From Oceanispirochaeta sp. (GTDB taxonomy: Bacteria; Spirochaetota; Spirochaetia; DSM-2461): a stretch of 64,000 nt of DNA. The position numbers and the translations under genes were made by a program. Shown piece by piece: positions 48,922 to 58,635 of this stretch. The notes beneath the pieces were generated by a model. The model was not told the origin of the DNA and did not search any database. It saw only the letters and a list, made by a program, of their open reading frames with translations. Every line of letters begins with the position of its first letter. Within the stretch, counting starts at the first letter, position 1. The stretch is from assembly GCA_963663385.2 (NCBI GenBank), contig CAXXXD010000003.1, positions 992,001-1,056,000 of the forward strand, in the 5' to 3' direction.

Positions 48922-49974
48922 TTACCGGTTTACAAGATCTCGCATATCTCCCATTATGGCCCGGGGAACCGGGAGATCCAGCATTGTCTTAAGACCGGGC
49001 CGTGCATTGATCACATGGGGGATCATATTGACGCACATGGCTATGGTACCGATCCCGCCGGGTATTTCCGGCTGGATGGCCATGGATATATCCGGTGTTC
49101 CTTTTATCCGTATGTAGTCTCCCGTTTCCGTACCTTCAAGCTGGGGTTCCACCTGCTGGGGATGGATCATACGGATTTTTTCCCTGCCGTCCACTTTGCC
49201 GTACCCTTTCATAGCGCATCCGGCAATGCTGCCGGGCTGGACTTCCACATAGTCTGTTTTGCGGTATACCTTTGAAACAATGGGGTCCATAGTCTGCCTG
49301 ACCGGTTCATCCAGCTTCCATCCGATGGCATCACAGATCATCCTGATCGATTCATTAAACCCCACATGACCGGCCAGGCTGTTATTTTCCACACCCTTCC
49401 GGAACTCCTCCCTGCTTATGCCAACTCCCTGCTCTTCCATAACCGCCGGCCCGAAGGGGGAAAGGCTGTTTACCCGTTCCGCCTCAATTTCATCCACATC
49501 AATACAGGCCCCGGTCAGGGCCACTACCAGCAGATCCATAATGAGACCGGGGTTGATCCCGGTTCCCAGGACGCTCACACCGTTAATGCGGGCAATCTCA
49601 TCCAGCTGCCTTGTCAGTTCCGGCTCCGAGGCTATGGGGTATGCCATTTCTTCCGCTGTAGAAATGACATTCAGTTTATGTTCAAGGAGAAAACGGATTT
49701 TCGGAAAAGCTTTTGCCGTAAAGGAATCTGTAGCCAGGAGGGCAATATCCGCACACCCTTCAGATACAATATCAGAAATTTCAGGACGTATGATAATATC
49801 AGGACGGCCGGCTTGTTCTATACTGCAGAGTTCGTACAGGTTTTTACCGATTCTGTCGGGGTGATTATCACAGATCCCTGTAATCTCAACACCATTTTTC
49901 TTCAATAACATGCGGGCCATACCGCTGCCCATGGCTCCGAATCCCCATATTATGACTTTTATTTCACTCATCAC
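48922..49974 (-). CDS. ord: 2,4-diaminopentanoate dehydrogenase
   Basis: IWGFGAMG Rossmann motif, STAEE, GTGINPG, GHVGF, HPQQ and PGGIGT; first gene of the operon. Confidence 0.92.
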   Translation of the reverse strand: MMSEIKVIIWGFGAMGSGMARMLLKKNGVEITGICDNHPDRIGKNLYELCSIEQAGRPDIIIRPEISDIVSEGCADIALLATDSFTAKAFPKIRFLLEHKLNVISTAEEMAYPIASEPELTRQLDEIARINGVSVLGTGINPGLIMDLLVVALTGACIDVDEIEAERVNSLSPFGPAVMEEQGVGISREEFRKGVENNSLAGHVGFNESIRMICDAIGWKLDEPVRQTMDPIVSKVYRKTDYVEVQPGSIAGCAMKGYGKVDGREKIRMIHPQQVEPQLEGTETGDYIRIKGTPDISMAIQPEIPGGIGTIAMCVNMIPHVINARPGLKTMLDLPVPRAIMGDMRDLVNR

Positions 49975-49997
49975 TATTCCCTTAATCTGATTATATC

Positions 49998-50017
49998 ATT
50001 ACTACTGTAATAGTAAT
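49998..50017. promoter_or_regulatory. Palindromic operator candidate upstream of ord
   Basis: ATTACTA-CTGTAA-TAGTAAT, between the -10 box and the ord RBS. Confidence 0.55.
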
Positions 50018-50020
50018 ACA

Positions 50021-50048
50021 ATTATACAAGGCATAAAGGACAAGTCAA
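50021..50048 (-). promoter_or_regulatory. Sigma-70 promoter of the ornithine operon
   Basis: Minus strand TTGACT-N16-TATAAT. Confidence 0.7.
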
Positions 50049-50221
50049 GAAAATGTTTCCGAATCAGATATATCTGAACCAGGCTGATACCAGCCGCTGC
50101 TGAATCAGTACCTCGAAGCGGATACAGGTATGGTTGAAATCCGGTATACAGATAAAGTCTAAAGGATTTCTGCTGTCCATAACTATTTTTTTTGATAATA
50201 TATGCGGGAAGGAGCCAAAAC

Positions 50222-51352
50222 GTGCAGAATACTGATCAGAGAGCTACCAGAGCAATTATCCATCTTGATAACCTTGTCCATAATCTGGACTGTATACGAA
50301 CCCTTGCCGGTAAGAGGAAGATCTGTGCGGCAGTCAAGGCAGACGCCTACGGGCATGGGGCTGTAAATGTTTCAAAAAAAGCCCTTGAGTGGGGAGTTGA
50401 TTTTCTGGCCGTAGCGACAGTTCATGAGGGAGCCGTTTTACGCCATGCCGGTATTGAGGCTCCTGTTATTCTGTTCAGCTTTCCTCTGGAAAGGGAAATC
50501 CCTGATCTTGTCAAATACAATCTTTCACCATTTGTCGGGAGTTCTTCCTATCTTAACAGTCTCAACCGGGAAGCCGCCAGACAGAACAGGACTATCGGTG
50601 TCCATTTGAAAATAGATACCGGCATGGGGCGTATAGGGTGTTTGCCTGAAGAAGCGCCGGAACTTTCTCTGCAGATACGGGAGTGCGAATGCCTGATCCA
50701 GGAGGGCATCTGTACCCATTTCCCCGTCTCAGATAGCACAGATGACGAGGATGTCGCTTTTACACAGAGGCAGATCCGTATTTTCAGGGACGCTGTTGAA
50801 GCTGTACAAGCTTCTGGAATTGATCCGGGAATTGTCCATGCGGCCAATTCGGGTGCCATTATTGCCTGGCCGGAAGCTCATTTTGATATGGTCAGACCCG
50901 GAATCTGCCTCTATGGTTACTACCCTGATTCCAGAATGGAAAAGAGGCTCTGTTTCAAACCCGCAATGGAATTTGTATCGGCGGTATCCTTCCTGAAGAA
51001 AGTTGAAAAGGGTACTTCCATTTCTTATGGAAGAACATGGTATGCCCCGCAGGATACATGGATTGCCACTATTTCGGCCGGATATGGCGACGGATATAAC
51101 AGGTTGCTGTCATCAAAGGGCAGGGTGGTTATCAGAGGTGTCTCCTATCCTGTGGCCGGACGAATCTGCATGGATCAATTTATGGTTGATCTGGGACCCG
51201 AAACGGATGTGAAACTTTATGACCGTGCCGTTCTGTTCGGACCGGAACTGCCGGCTATGAATGCGGAAGGAATGGCAGAGCTTACAGGTTCTATCCCCTA
51301 TGAAATTACCTGTAATATAAATAAAAGGGTACCCAGGGAATATTTTTCCTGA
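50222..51352 (+). CDS. alr: Alanine racemase
   Basis: AVKADAYGHG, HLKIDTGMGRIG, HAANS, VRPGI, SYG and GRICMDQ. GTG start after AAGGAG. Confidence 0.93.
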   Translation: MQNTDQRATRAIIHLDNLVHNLDCIRTLAGKRKICAAVKADAYGHGAVNVSKKALEWGVDFLAVATVHEGAVLRHAGIEAPVILFSFPLEREIPDLVKYNLSPFVGSSSYLNSLNREAARQNRTIGVHLKIDTGMGRIGCLPEEAPELSLQIRECECLIQEGICTHFPVSDSTDDEDVAFTQRQIRIFRDAVEAVQASGIDPGIVHAANSGAIIAWPEAHFDMVRPGICLYGYYPDSRMEKRLCFKPAMEFVSAVSFLKKVEKGTSISYGRTWYAPQDTWIATISAGYGDGYNRLLSSKGRVVIRGVSYPVAGRICMDQFMVDLGPETDVKLYDRAVLFGPELPAMNAEGMAELTGSIPYEITCNINKRVPREYFS

Positions 51353-51374
51353 TTACAGGCAGCAGTCCTGTTGA

Positions 51375-52181
51375 TCAGTGGCCGTATTTTTTTCTGAGTT
51401 TTTCAAAGTTGGTTCCAAACAGTTCATCCACCTTGTCACCCAGATAGTTACTGACTTCTGCAATATAAAAATCATGGATTATATAACCTTCGATTGATTT
51501 TATCAGTCCCTGATTCCTTGTCCAGACAGCCTGACAGGGCATAACTCCCCCCAGACTTCCGGTTATGCAGACCTGTCCGTCAATAACCAGATCCAGTGAA
51601 CGGCCCACTTCTTTAATATCATTGAGTTTCTCTATGTTATGATAGTAAACCTCCCCGAAATCCGGTTTGGCCGTACCGTAAAGCAGGATATTGATTCTTA
51701 CACCCCGGGAGGACGCTTTGCGGAAACTGTCCTCCAGTTCGGCAAACTCGTCGTCCCAGATCCCGACAAAAATGGTAGATTCCGCTTCTTCGGTCAGCTG
51801 CCGTGACATTTCCATCGCTTCCGATCTTCCGGACAGGTTCCACACCGGATCAAAATCCGCTGTAAATTTTATGGATTCCAATTGGTGCTGCAGCTCGCTC
51901 GTTCTTTTGGAATTGTCCCTACGCAGCCGGGAAATAAGTTCTTCCGGTGAGATGGGTGAAAAGAGCTCCGGGTTGGTTCCCTTGGATGTGACGTACCCTT
52001 TCTTTATGAGTCGTCTGGTTATGTCATAGACGCGGGAGTGGGGAACTCCCGAGTTTTTTGAAATATTATAGGCGCTTAAGGGGTGATCATTGATAAGTGT
52101 CATATAGACTTTCCCCTCGTACTCTGTAAATCCCAGCTCTTTTAAATTGGATAGTATTGCTTGAGTCTCTTTTTCAGTCAT
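51375..52181 (-). CDS. TrmB-family transcriptional regulator
   Basis: LKELGFTEYEGKVY..L...SAYNISKNSGVPHSRVYD is a TrmB wHTH, followed by an effector domain. Confidence 0.88.
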   Translation of the reverse strand: MTEKETQAILSNLKELGFTEYEGKVYMTLINDHPLSAYNISKNSGVPHSRVYDITRRLIKKGYVTSKGTNPELFSPISPEELISRLRRDNSKRTSELQHQLESIKFTADFDPVWNLSGRSEAMEMSRQLTEEAESTIFVGIWDDEFAELEDSFRKASSRGVRINILLYGTAKPDFGEVYYHNIEKLNDIKEVGRSLDLVIDGQVCITGSLGGVMPCQAVWTRNQGLIKSIEGYIIHDFYIAEVSNYLGDKVDELFGTNFEKLRKKYGH

Positions 52182-52234
52182 AATATTCTCTCAATCATAC
52201 TCTTCTCTGTGTCTGTTGTTCAAGAATCCTTTTT

Positions 52235-54055
52235 TTACAGGACCAGGGGAACAAAACAGGGCGCCTGCCCCTCTTTCAGCTGAACCAGGCCTCTATTGGA
52301 TATATGAAGCTCGGGCAGTACTATCAGTCCCAGAAGGCTGATTGTCATTTCAGCCGATTCATGGGGGCAGCCGATCTGTTTCAGAGCTTCCTCCAGTTCC
52401 CGGATCTCCTCTCCCGCTTCCTCCACTGATTTCAGGCTCATTAAACCGCCAAAAGAGAGAGAAACATGGGCCAGCACTTTACCGCTTTTTACGACTACAA
52501 GACCACCGCCGCTGTTTTTAAGCGTATTGGCCGCAATGGCCATATCCCTGTCACTGGTCCCCAGTACCAGAAGATTATGGCTGTCATGGGAAACCGTGGA
52601 GGCATATGCCGTATTTTCTTTTAAGCACACCCCTTTGACAAATCCCATAGACCGCCTGTCCTGTTCCGACACAGTTTTTTCATGGCGGTAGAGGCAGCAG
52701 ATCTTTACCAGGTCATTTGAAGCATCCGCTTTTAACTCCCCATCCTGCGGTTTGATAGAGATGTGTTCTTCCCGTGTAAATACCATGCCCGGAATCAGGC
52801 GGATCGCCCGTATGTTCTGTTCTTCAGAAGATTCAATGGGTATTTTAAAGTTCTCTTCGGTCTGCTCCGGAATATAGATGGAATTCAGGGCCCATTCCGG
52901 ATACTGGTAACTTTCAATAGTCACTTTGAGAGAGCCTTTTTCAGCCGTAATCGTTCCGCCGGAAACAACCAGGTTAACTGTCAAATCCTTAAGATTGTCC
53001 ACCAGTAGGATATCCGCCGCCTTACCGGGGGCAACAGAACCTATCCATCTGTCCTTTCCAAGAAGTTGGGCGGCATTTATTGTTACCATCTGAATGGCTT
53101 TGACAGGAGAAATCCCCAGACGGACGGCTTCTCTTAAAACACGGATCAAATGACCCTCCCTGGAAATTGTATAGGGAGTGACATCATCGGTTACCAGAGT
53201 AAACATTCTTGTATCCATGTCAGGTTTATCCAGTATGGCGGGAACCAGGTTGGGCAGATCCAGCCAGGCTGTTCCATAACGCTGCTGCACATACATGCCC
53301 CGCCTGGCTTTTTCCAGAGCTTCATCCGCCTGTGTACTTTCATGGCAGGCGGTCATACCGGAGGCAATAAAGGCATTGAGTCCTCCCTTGAGATCAGGAG
53401 AAGAGTAGTGCCCAGTCATGACCTTGTCCCGGGATAGGCTTTCCACTCCAATGGCATGTACTGCTGAATCTCCCAATATGACACCGGGAAAGTTCATCTG
53501 CTCTCCCTGCAGTTCCACCCATCCTTTCTCATAGGCCTCTCCCACATCAGCAGGCGTGATTTCCGCACCGGCATCCTCCATACCGGGAATGGAAGGGACA
53601 CAGACAGGCATGGCGGTGAATACCTTCAAGGGTAGATTTTCAGCGATCTTACTGAACAGTTCTACCGCCTTGACGCCGAAAACATTGGTCATTTCATGTA
53701 TATCCGGACAGATGGTTGTTGTTCCGTGGGGAAGAATTCCTGCTGCAAAGGAAGGGAGATCTACCATTGAACTTTCCACATGCATATGGCTGTCGATCAA
53801 ACCGGGCAGTATATACTGGCCCCGGGCATCTATAATCTGTGTTGACTCTGAGACGGGGTGGTTACTTGCATCTCCTGCATAGGCAATAAATCCTTTATAA
53901 ACAATAACATCACAGTTTTCTTCAATCAGAGCCGTGTGTACATTAACCAGTTTTCCGTTCCGGATAATCAGTTCTCCCGCCGTCTGACCCATGGCGACAG
54001 ATGCCAGTTCTTCAGTTATTCTGGTTTTATCATTGATTAATGTCCTGAAGTCCAT
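52235..54055 (-). CDS. ade: Adenine deaminase (AdeC family)
   Basis: PGLIDSHMHVESS, GTTT, CVP, EQMNFPGV, CHE, VTDD and STVSHDSHNL. ATG 54055 follows AGGAG. Confidence 0.85.
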   Translation of the reverse strand: MDFRTLINDKTRITEELASVAMGQTAGELIIRNGKLVNVHTALIEENCDVIVYKGFIAYAGDASNHPVSESTQIIDARGQYILPGLIDSHMHVESSMVDLPSFAAGILPHGTTTICPDIHEMTNVFGVKAVELFSKIAENLPLKVFTAMPVCVPSIPGMEDAGAEITPADVGEAYEKGWVELQGEQMNFPGVILGDSAVHAIGVESLSRDKVMTGHYSSPDLKGGLNAFIASGMTACHESTQADEALEKARRGMYVQQRYGTAWLDLPNLVPAILDKPDMDTRMFTLVTDDVTPYTISREGHLIRVLREAVRLGISPVKAIQMVTINAAQLLGKDRWIGSVAPGKAADILLVDNLKDLTVNLVVSGGTITAEKGSLKVTIESYQYPEWALNSIYIPEQTEENFKIPIESSEEQNIRAIRLIPGMVFTREEHISIKPQDGELKADASNDLVKICCLYRHEKTVSEQDRRSMGFVKGVCLKENTAYASTVSHDSHNLLVLGTSDRDMAIAANTLKNSGGGLVVVKSGKVLAHVSLSFGGLMSLKSVEEAGEEIRELEEALKQIGCPHESAEMTISLLGLIVLPELHISNRGLVQLKEGQAPCFVPLVL

Positions 54056-54395
54056 CTTTTTCTCCTGTGTTCTTTGTAAAAAAAATGATGTCTGGAACAT
54101 TTTTTTCTTACATCCATCCAGTTTCATTATGAATAATATTCCAGAATATACAAATATAAATACTCATAATATTAAATCTATTTCTGCCATATTAGAAGAA
54201 TTAAGTATTTATTCTCTTCTTAACAGTGTTTATCCTACAGCATTAAGACAGAGTTCTTGAAAATTCTTGACAGCTGTGAGATTTCATGATTAAATAATAA
54301 TACGAGTGGCGAATTAATATGATTATATTGTTGAAGTAATGTATTATAAGTTATTGTAATTTAATAAATAAACATAATTCGACAGGAGAATTATA

Positions 54396-55517
54396 ATGGT
54401 AAATCGTTCAAATGATTTGAGAGAAAACAACAGAAAAGTTATTTTGAAAGAAATCCTGACACAGGAACAGATCTCTCGACAGGAGATTATTGAACAGTCC
54501 GGACTGGCCTCCAGCACAGTCTCTTCCATTATGAAGGAGATCCTTGAGGAGGATATAATCCGTAAGTCCGGTCAGATCAGCTCACCCGGAATGGGGCGGA
54601 AAACAGATATTTTCACCAAAAATGGAAATCATGCCCGGATTCTGGTTGTGAACCTGACATTCGAAAGCAGCCGGATCGCCCTGGTGGATCTTAATCTGAA
54701 TATTCTGTCTGAAAAAGAGATTTCCATTGCCGATTTCAATTCAGATAATGTTGTTTCTGCGTTGAGGACGGAAATGGCTGAATATCTGGATGAACCCGGC
54801 GCTCATATACAGTCTATCGTTCTGGCTCTTCCCCACTATCCCTATGAGAAGGAACAGTTGAAGTTACTTCTCAGTGAAACTCAGACTCTGCCTGTTTACA
54901 CTATTAATAATGTCGAAGCCATGGGGATGTATGACAGCCACTACCGTTACGGTGATACGAACTTCAACTCCCTGTTTTATATTTTTGTCGGTACCGGTAT
55001 CGGATCAGCATTCTTTCATAAGGGTGAACTGCTGGTCGGAGAAAACGGTTATGCCTCTGATCTCGGACATATACATATCACAGATAAACCTGTAGGCTGC
55101 CGATGCGGTAAAAGCGGGTGCCTTGAAACCGTATCCTCCGAAGAGGCTTTGATCCAGTCACTGCTGGAATCGGGGAAGATGGATAAACGGATAAGCGGTG
55201 AAGACCTGTTGGCCATTCTGAAAGAGGGTATAGACCGGCGGGATGAGAATATTCTTGAACTGGTCGGCAGTGCCGCCTCCTATCTGGCAGAGGCTATTCT
55301 GACTGTCAATTCCCTGCTGGATCCGCAGGCTATTATTCTGACCGGGCGAATGGTGGATCTGAATCCCTACTTCTCCCAGAAACTGGACGAAGCGCTCTAT
55401 GCCAGAGCAGGCCGCCGTTCTCTCTATTCCAACAAGTTGATCTACCAATCCTATAAACAGGACTCCGCCGCCAAAGGGGCGGCCTTGTATGCGTTCTTAA
55501 CCGCTTACAGCGGATAA
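54396..55517 (+). CDS. ROK-family transcriptional repressor
   Basis: N-terminal HTH (ISRQEI..SGL..STVS), GRK, GTGIGSA, LGHI and CRCGKSGCLE. Confidence 0.9.
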   Translation: MVNRSNDLRENNRKVILKEILTQEQISRQEIIEQSGLASSTVSSIMKEILEEDIIRKSGQISSPGMGRKTDIFTKNGNHARILVVNLTFESSRIALVDLNLNILSEKEISIADFNSDNVVSALRTEMAEYLDEPGAHIQSIVLALPHYPYEKEQLKLLLSETQTLPVYTINNVEAMGMYDSHYRYGDTNFNSLFYIFVGTGIGSAFFHKGELLVGENGYASDLGHIHITDKPVGCRCGKSGCLETVSSEEALIQSLLESGKMDKRISGEDLLAILKEGIDRRDENILELVGSAASYLAEAILTVNSLLDPQAIILTGRMVDLNPYFSQKLDEALYARAGRRSLYSNKLIYQSYKQDSAAKGAALYAFLTAYSG

Positions 55518-55537
55518 ATAATTAAAGGAGTTTTATT

Positions 55538-56827
55538 ATGTTGAATAAAGCATTTATGTTCTGTCTGGGATTACTGATGCTCTCAAGCGGATTTGCCGCA
55601 GGTTCTCAGGAGGAAGCCGCAGAAACCGGTCCTGTTACCATACAGCTCGGTATTTCCACAAGAGAAGTGGGGGCCGCTCTTCCGGAACTGCTGGAGGCTT
55701 TTGCTGCGGAAAATCCGAATATCAAAGTAGAATGGAACAAGGTTCCCGGTGTTCCCAATGATCAGCATACCCTTTACGTGACAAACCTGATGGCTCAAGC
55801 CGAAGAGCCTGATGTAATGGCCCTTGATGTTATCTGGCCAGGTGAGTTTATCGCTAACGGCTGGGCTGCACCACTGAATGACTATTTTAACAATTCCGAT
55901 CTGGATCAGTATCTGGACGGTATGATGAACTCCGTTACACTTGACGGTCAGGTTTATGGTATACCTCTGTACACCAATGCCATTCATTTTTTCTACAGAA
56001 AAGATCTGCTTGACAAATACGGGCTGGAAAAACCTGAAACCTGGGAAGAGCTAATCGAAACTGCCATAATTGTAACCGAGAAAGAGAAAAATCCTGACCT
56101 AAACGGTTATATCAGTATGTGGGCTCAGATCGAAGGCCTTTTCATGAACTATCTGCAGTTTCTCTGGGGAGCGGGCGGACAATTCTTCGACAGCAGCGGC
56201 AAGCCTTCCATCAATTCTCCTGAAGCGGTTAAGGCTCTGAGTACCATGGTGGATATGATCTACAAGTACGAAGTGGCACCCGAAAGTATACTGACCTACA
56301 AACCCAACGATGCCATGGCACTTTTCAGACAGGGGCGAGCGGTATTTATGATTGTTCAGGACTTTGTCTGGCCCATGCTGAATGAAGATGATTCTCCTGT
56401 TAAAGGAAAGGTCATGATGGACAGGGTTCCCTTTTTTGAGGGTAATGCTGATACCAGTACCGTCTGTATGGGTGGCTGGATCCTGACCGTTAATCCCTAT
56501 TCAGAGCATAAGGCTGAAGCGGTAGAATTGATCCGTTATCTGACAACAAAAGAAAGCGGCACCATCCTCGGTACCAAAGCCGGATGTATGCCCGCTGTTA
56601 AGGGGATGGAAAGCAATCAGGATCTGCTGAAGGCGTACCCCATAGCCGAAACCCTGTATAAGGATTTTGCCGTAGGCGATGTACGACCCTCCGCTCAGGC
56701 CGGAGCCAACTATCCTGAACTCTCCCATATTATGCAGAAAGAGATCCATGCGGCTCTTCTTCAGGAAAAAAATCCTCAGGAAGCATTGAACGCAGCCCAG
56801 AAAGAGCTGGAAGCCCTCTTGCAGTAA
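55538..56827 (+). CDS. Sugar ABC transporter substrate-binding protein (CUT1, trehalose/maltose-like)
   Basis: DVMALDVIWPGEF, FYRKDLL..YG..PETWEEL, EGL, FRQG and GGW. Confidence 0.88.
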   Translation: MLNKAFMFCLGLLMLSSGFAAGSQEEAAETGPVTIQLGISTREVGAALPELLEAFAAENPNIKVEWNKVPGVPNDQHTLYVTNLMAQAEEPDVMALDVIWPGEFIANGWAAPLNDYFNNSDLDQYLDGMMNSVTLDGQVYGIPLYTNAIHFFYRKDLLDKYGLEKPETWEELIETAIIVTEKEKNPDLNGYISMWAQIEGLFMNYLQFLWGAGGQFFDSSGKPSINSPEAVKALSTMVDMIYKYEVAPESILTYKPNDAMALFRQGRAVFMIVQDFVWPMLNEDDSPVKGKVMMDRVPFFEGNADTSTVCMGGWILTVNPYSEHKAEAVELIRYLTTKESGTILGTKAGCMPAVKGMESNQDLLKAYPIAETLYKDFAVGDVRPSAQAGANYPELSHIMQKEIHAALLQEKNPQEALNAAQKELEALLQ

Positions 56828-56836
56828 TTTCATCCT

Positions 56837-56863
56837 GCCGACGGCCCTGCAGGGGCCGCCGGT
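56837..56863 (+). other. Intercistronic hairpin after the binding-protein gene
   Basis: GCCGACGGCCC-TGCAG-GGGCCGCCGGT, typical of mRNA-stabilising stems in ABC operons. Confidence 0.5.
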
Positions 56864-56925
56864 ATCCTACTTCTCAATTTAAGGTTTAGAGAGTCATCAG
56901 CATTGATGGTTCAAGGAGCTCGATT

Positions 56926-57810
56926 ATGAATGAAATGGCCCGTAGAAAACTATTCGGCCTGGTTCTTGTTCTGCCGGCTTTTCTCTGCGTATTTTTTGTG
57001 CTGTTTCTGCCGGCCATGAATACAATTGTTAAAAGTTTTACGGCTTTTTCTCCCATGAGTCAGGGAGTGACAGTCTTTACGGGACTTGAAAATTACAAAA
57101 CAATCTTCAGCAATGAAGAGTTTGTCCGCAGTTTTACCAATACCCTGCATTTTGCGGGAGTATCCGTCTTTTTCGAACTGCTGATAGGTCTTTTATTGGC
57201 ATTGATACTGAATAAGGCATTGGCTTTCAGAGGTGTTGTCCGGACAGCGATCCTGTTCCCCTGGGTACTGCCTACGGCTCTTAACGCCATCATCTGGCGC
57301 TGGCTGTTTAATACGGATTTCGGCTTCTTTAATAACTTTCTGAAGATATGCGGACTGATCGAACAGAATATCAACTGGCTGGGCGAAGTGGATCTGGCCA
57401 TGAGTAGTATGATTGCCGTGGCTGTCTGGAAAACCAGTTCGTTTATTGCGTTGATTTTACTGACCGGTCTGCAGTCCATCTCGGAGGAACTGTATGAAGC
57501 AGCCTCTATCGACGGAGCAAGTTACTGGCAGAAATTGAAGTGTATCACACTGCCGCTTCTGGCGCCGTCCATCCTTCTGGCTCTGCTTTTCCGTTCCATG
57601 GATGCTCTGCGTTCTTTTGAACTTCCTTTTGCTCTGACACAGGGGGGGCCCGGCGGTTCAACCCAGACTCTGAGTCTTTTCGGATACAGGCAGTTCTTTC
57701 AGTTCCTGAAATTTGACCGCGGTGCTGCTGTCTCGGTTATTCAATTTCTGTTTATTCTGGTACTGGGTCTTATCTATATCAGAGTACTGAAAGGAGGAGA
57801 TGAGTCATGA
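56926..57810 (+). CDS. Carbohydrate ABC permease (MalF-like)
   Basis: GLENY, GLQSISEELYEAASIDGA (EAA loop) and LTQGGPG. Confidence 0.92.
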   Translation: MNEMARRKLFGLVLVLPAFLCVFFVLFLPAMNTIVKSFTAFSPMSQGVTVFTGLENYKTIFSNEEFVRSFTNTLHFAGVSVFFELLIGLLLALILNKALAFRGVVRTAILFPWVLPTALNAIIWRWLFNTDFGFFNNFLKICGLIEQNINWLGEVDLAMSSMIAVAVWKTSSFIALILLTGLQSISEELYEAASIDGASYWQKLKCITLPLLAPSILLALLFRSMDALRSFELPFALTQGGPGGSTQTLSLFGYRQFFQFLKFDRGAAVSVIQFLFILVLGLIYIRVLKGGDES

Positions 57811-58622
57811 AAAAAACTCTCTATTATCTGATGCTGATCGCTCTTATGACTATTTTCTTCTTCCCCGTCGTTTGGATTATGCTGACTTCACTGAAAACTA
57901 CAGGCGAGATATACGACTGGCCGCCCACGTTCATTCCGAAAAATCCCGTTCTGGATAACTATGAGACGGTATTTCTGAAATCCAATCTGGGTATGTATAT
58001 CGGCAATACCATGATTGTTGCCTGTTTTTCCACACTGCTGGTTATTCTGCTAGCCTCTCTGGCCGGTTACGGGATCTCCCGGATCAGGTTTAAAGGAGCC
58101 TCCTTTTTTCTGGTTTTCTTTCTGGCCATGTCCATGTTTCCCCAGCTCTCTGTTGCCCCCTCCCTGTTTCTGTGGCTGCGTCAGCTGAAATTGATCAATC
58201 ACTTCTCTGGACTGGTTCTTGTCTATACCGGACTGTTTACGCCCATAGCTATATGGATCCTTTCCACCTACTTCAGAACCATCCCCATGGATGTGGAGGA
58301 ATCGGCCAAGATTGACGGCTGTTCTTCCCTGAGGATCCTTTTTCAGATACTGATGCCACTGGCTCTGCCGGGGATGGCTGCGGCCTCACTGATAGTGGCC
58401 ATCTTTGTATGGAATGAGTTCCTTCTCTCACTGATTATTCTGTCCAAGGATAACCTGAGAACAGCTACTGTCGGAATTGCTCTCTACCCGGGTGAATATG
58501 CCTTTCCCTGGGAGTTGATTACGACTGCAACTTTTATGGCGGTTCTGCCGCTGGTTTTTGTACTGTTCTTTTTTCAGAAAAATATTATCGGCGGCCTGAC
58601 TGCAGGAGCTGTTAAATCATAA
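57807..58622 (+). CDS. Carbohydrate ABC permease (MalG-like)
   Basis: TSLKT, IPMDVEESAKIDGC, WNEF and GLTAGAVK. Confidence 0.92.
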   Translation: MKKTLYYLMLIALMTIFFFPVVWIMLTSLKTTGEIYDWPPTFIPKNPVLDNYETVFLKSNLGMYIGNTMIVACFSTLLVILLASLAGYGISRIRFKGASFFLVFFLAMSMFPQLSVAPSLFLWLRQLKLINHFSGLVLVYTGLFTPIAIWILSTYFRTIPMDVEESAKIDGCSSLRILFQILMPLALPGMAAASLIVAIFVWNEFLLSLIILSKDNLRTATVGIALYPGEYAFPWELITTATFMAVLPLVFVLFFFQKNIIGGLTAGAVKS

Positions 58623-58635
58623 GATAAGGAGTTAT

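Noticed and set aside
46077..49908. Long plus-strand ORFs (236, 353, 180 aa and others) opposite the ornithine operon
   Set aside because: Antisense shadows of well-conserved genes.
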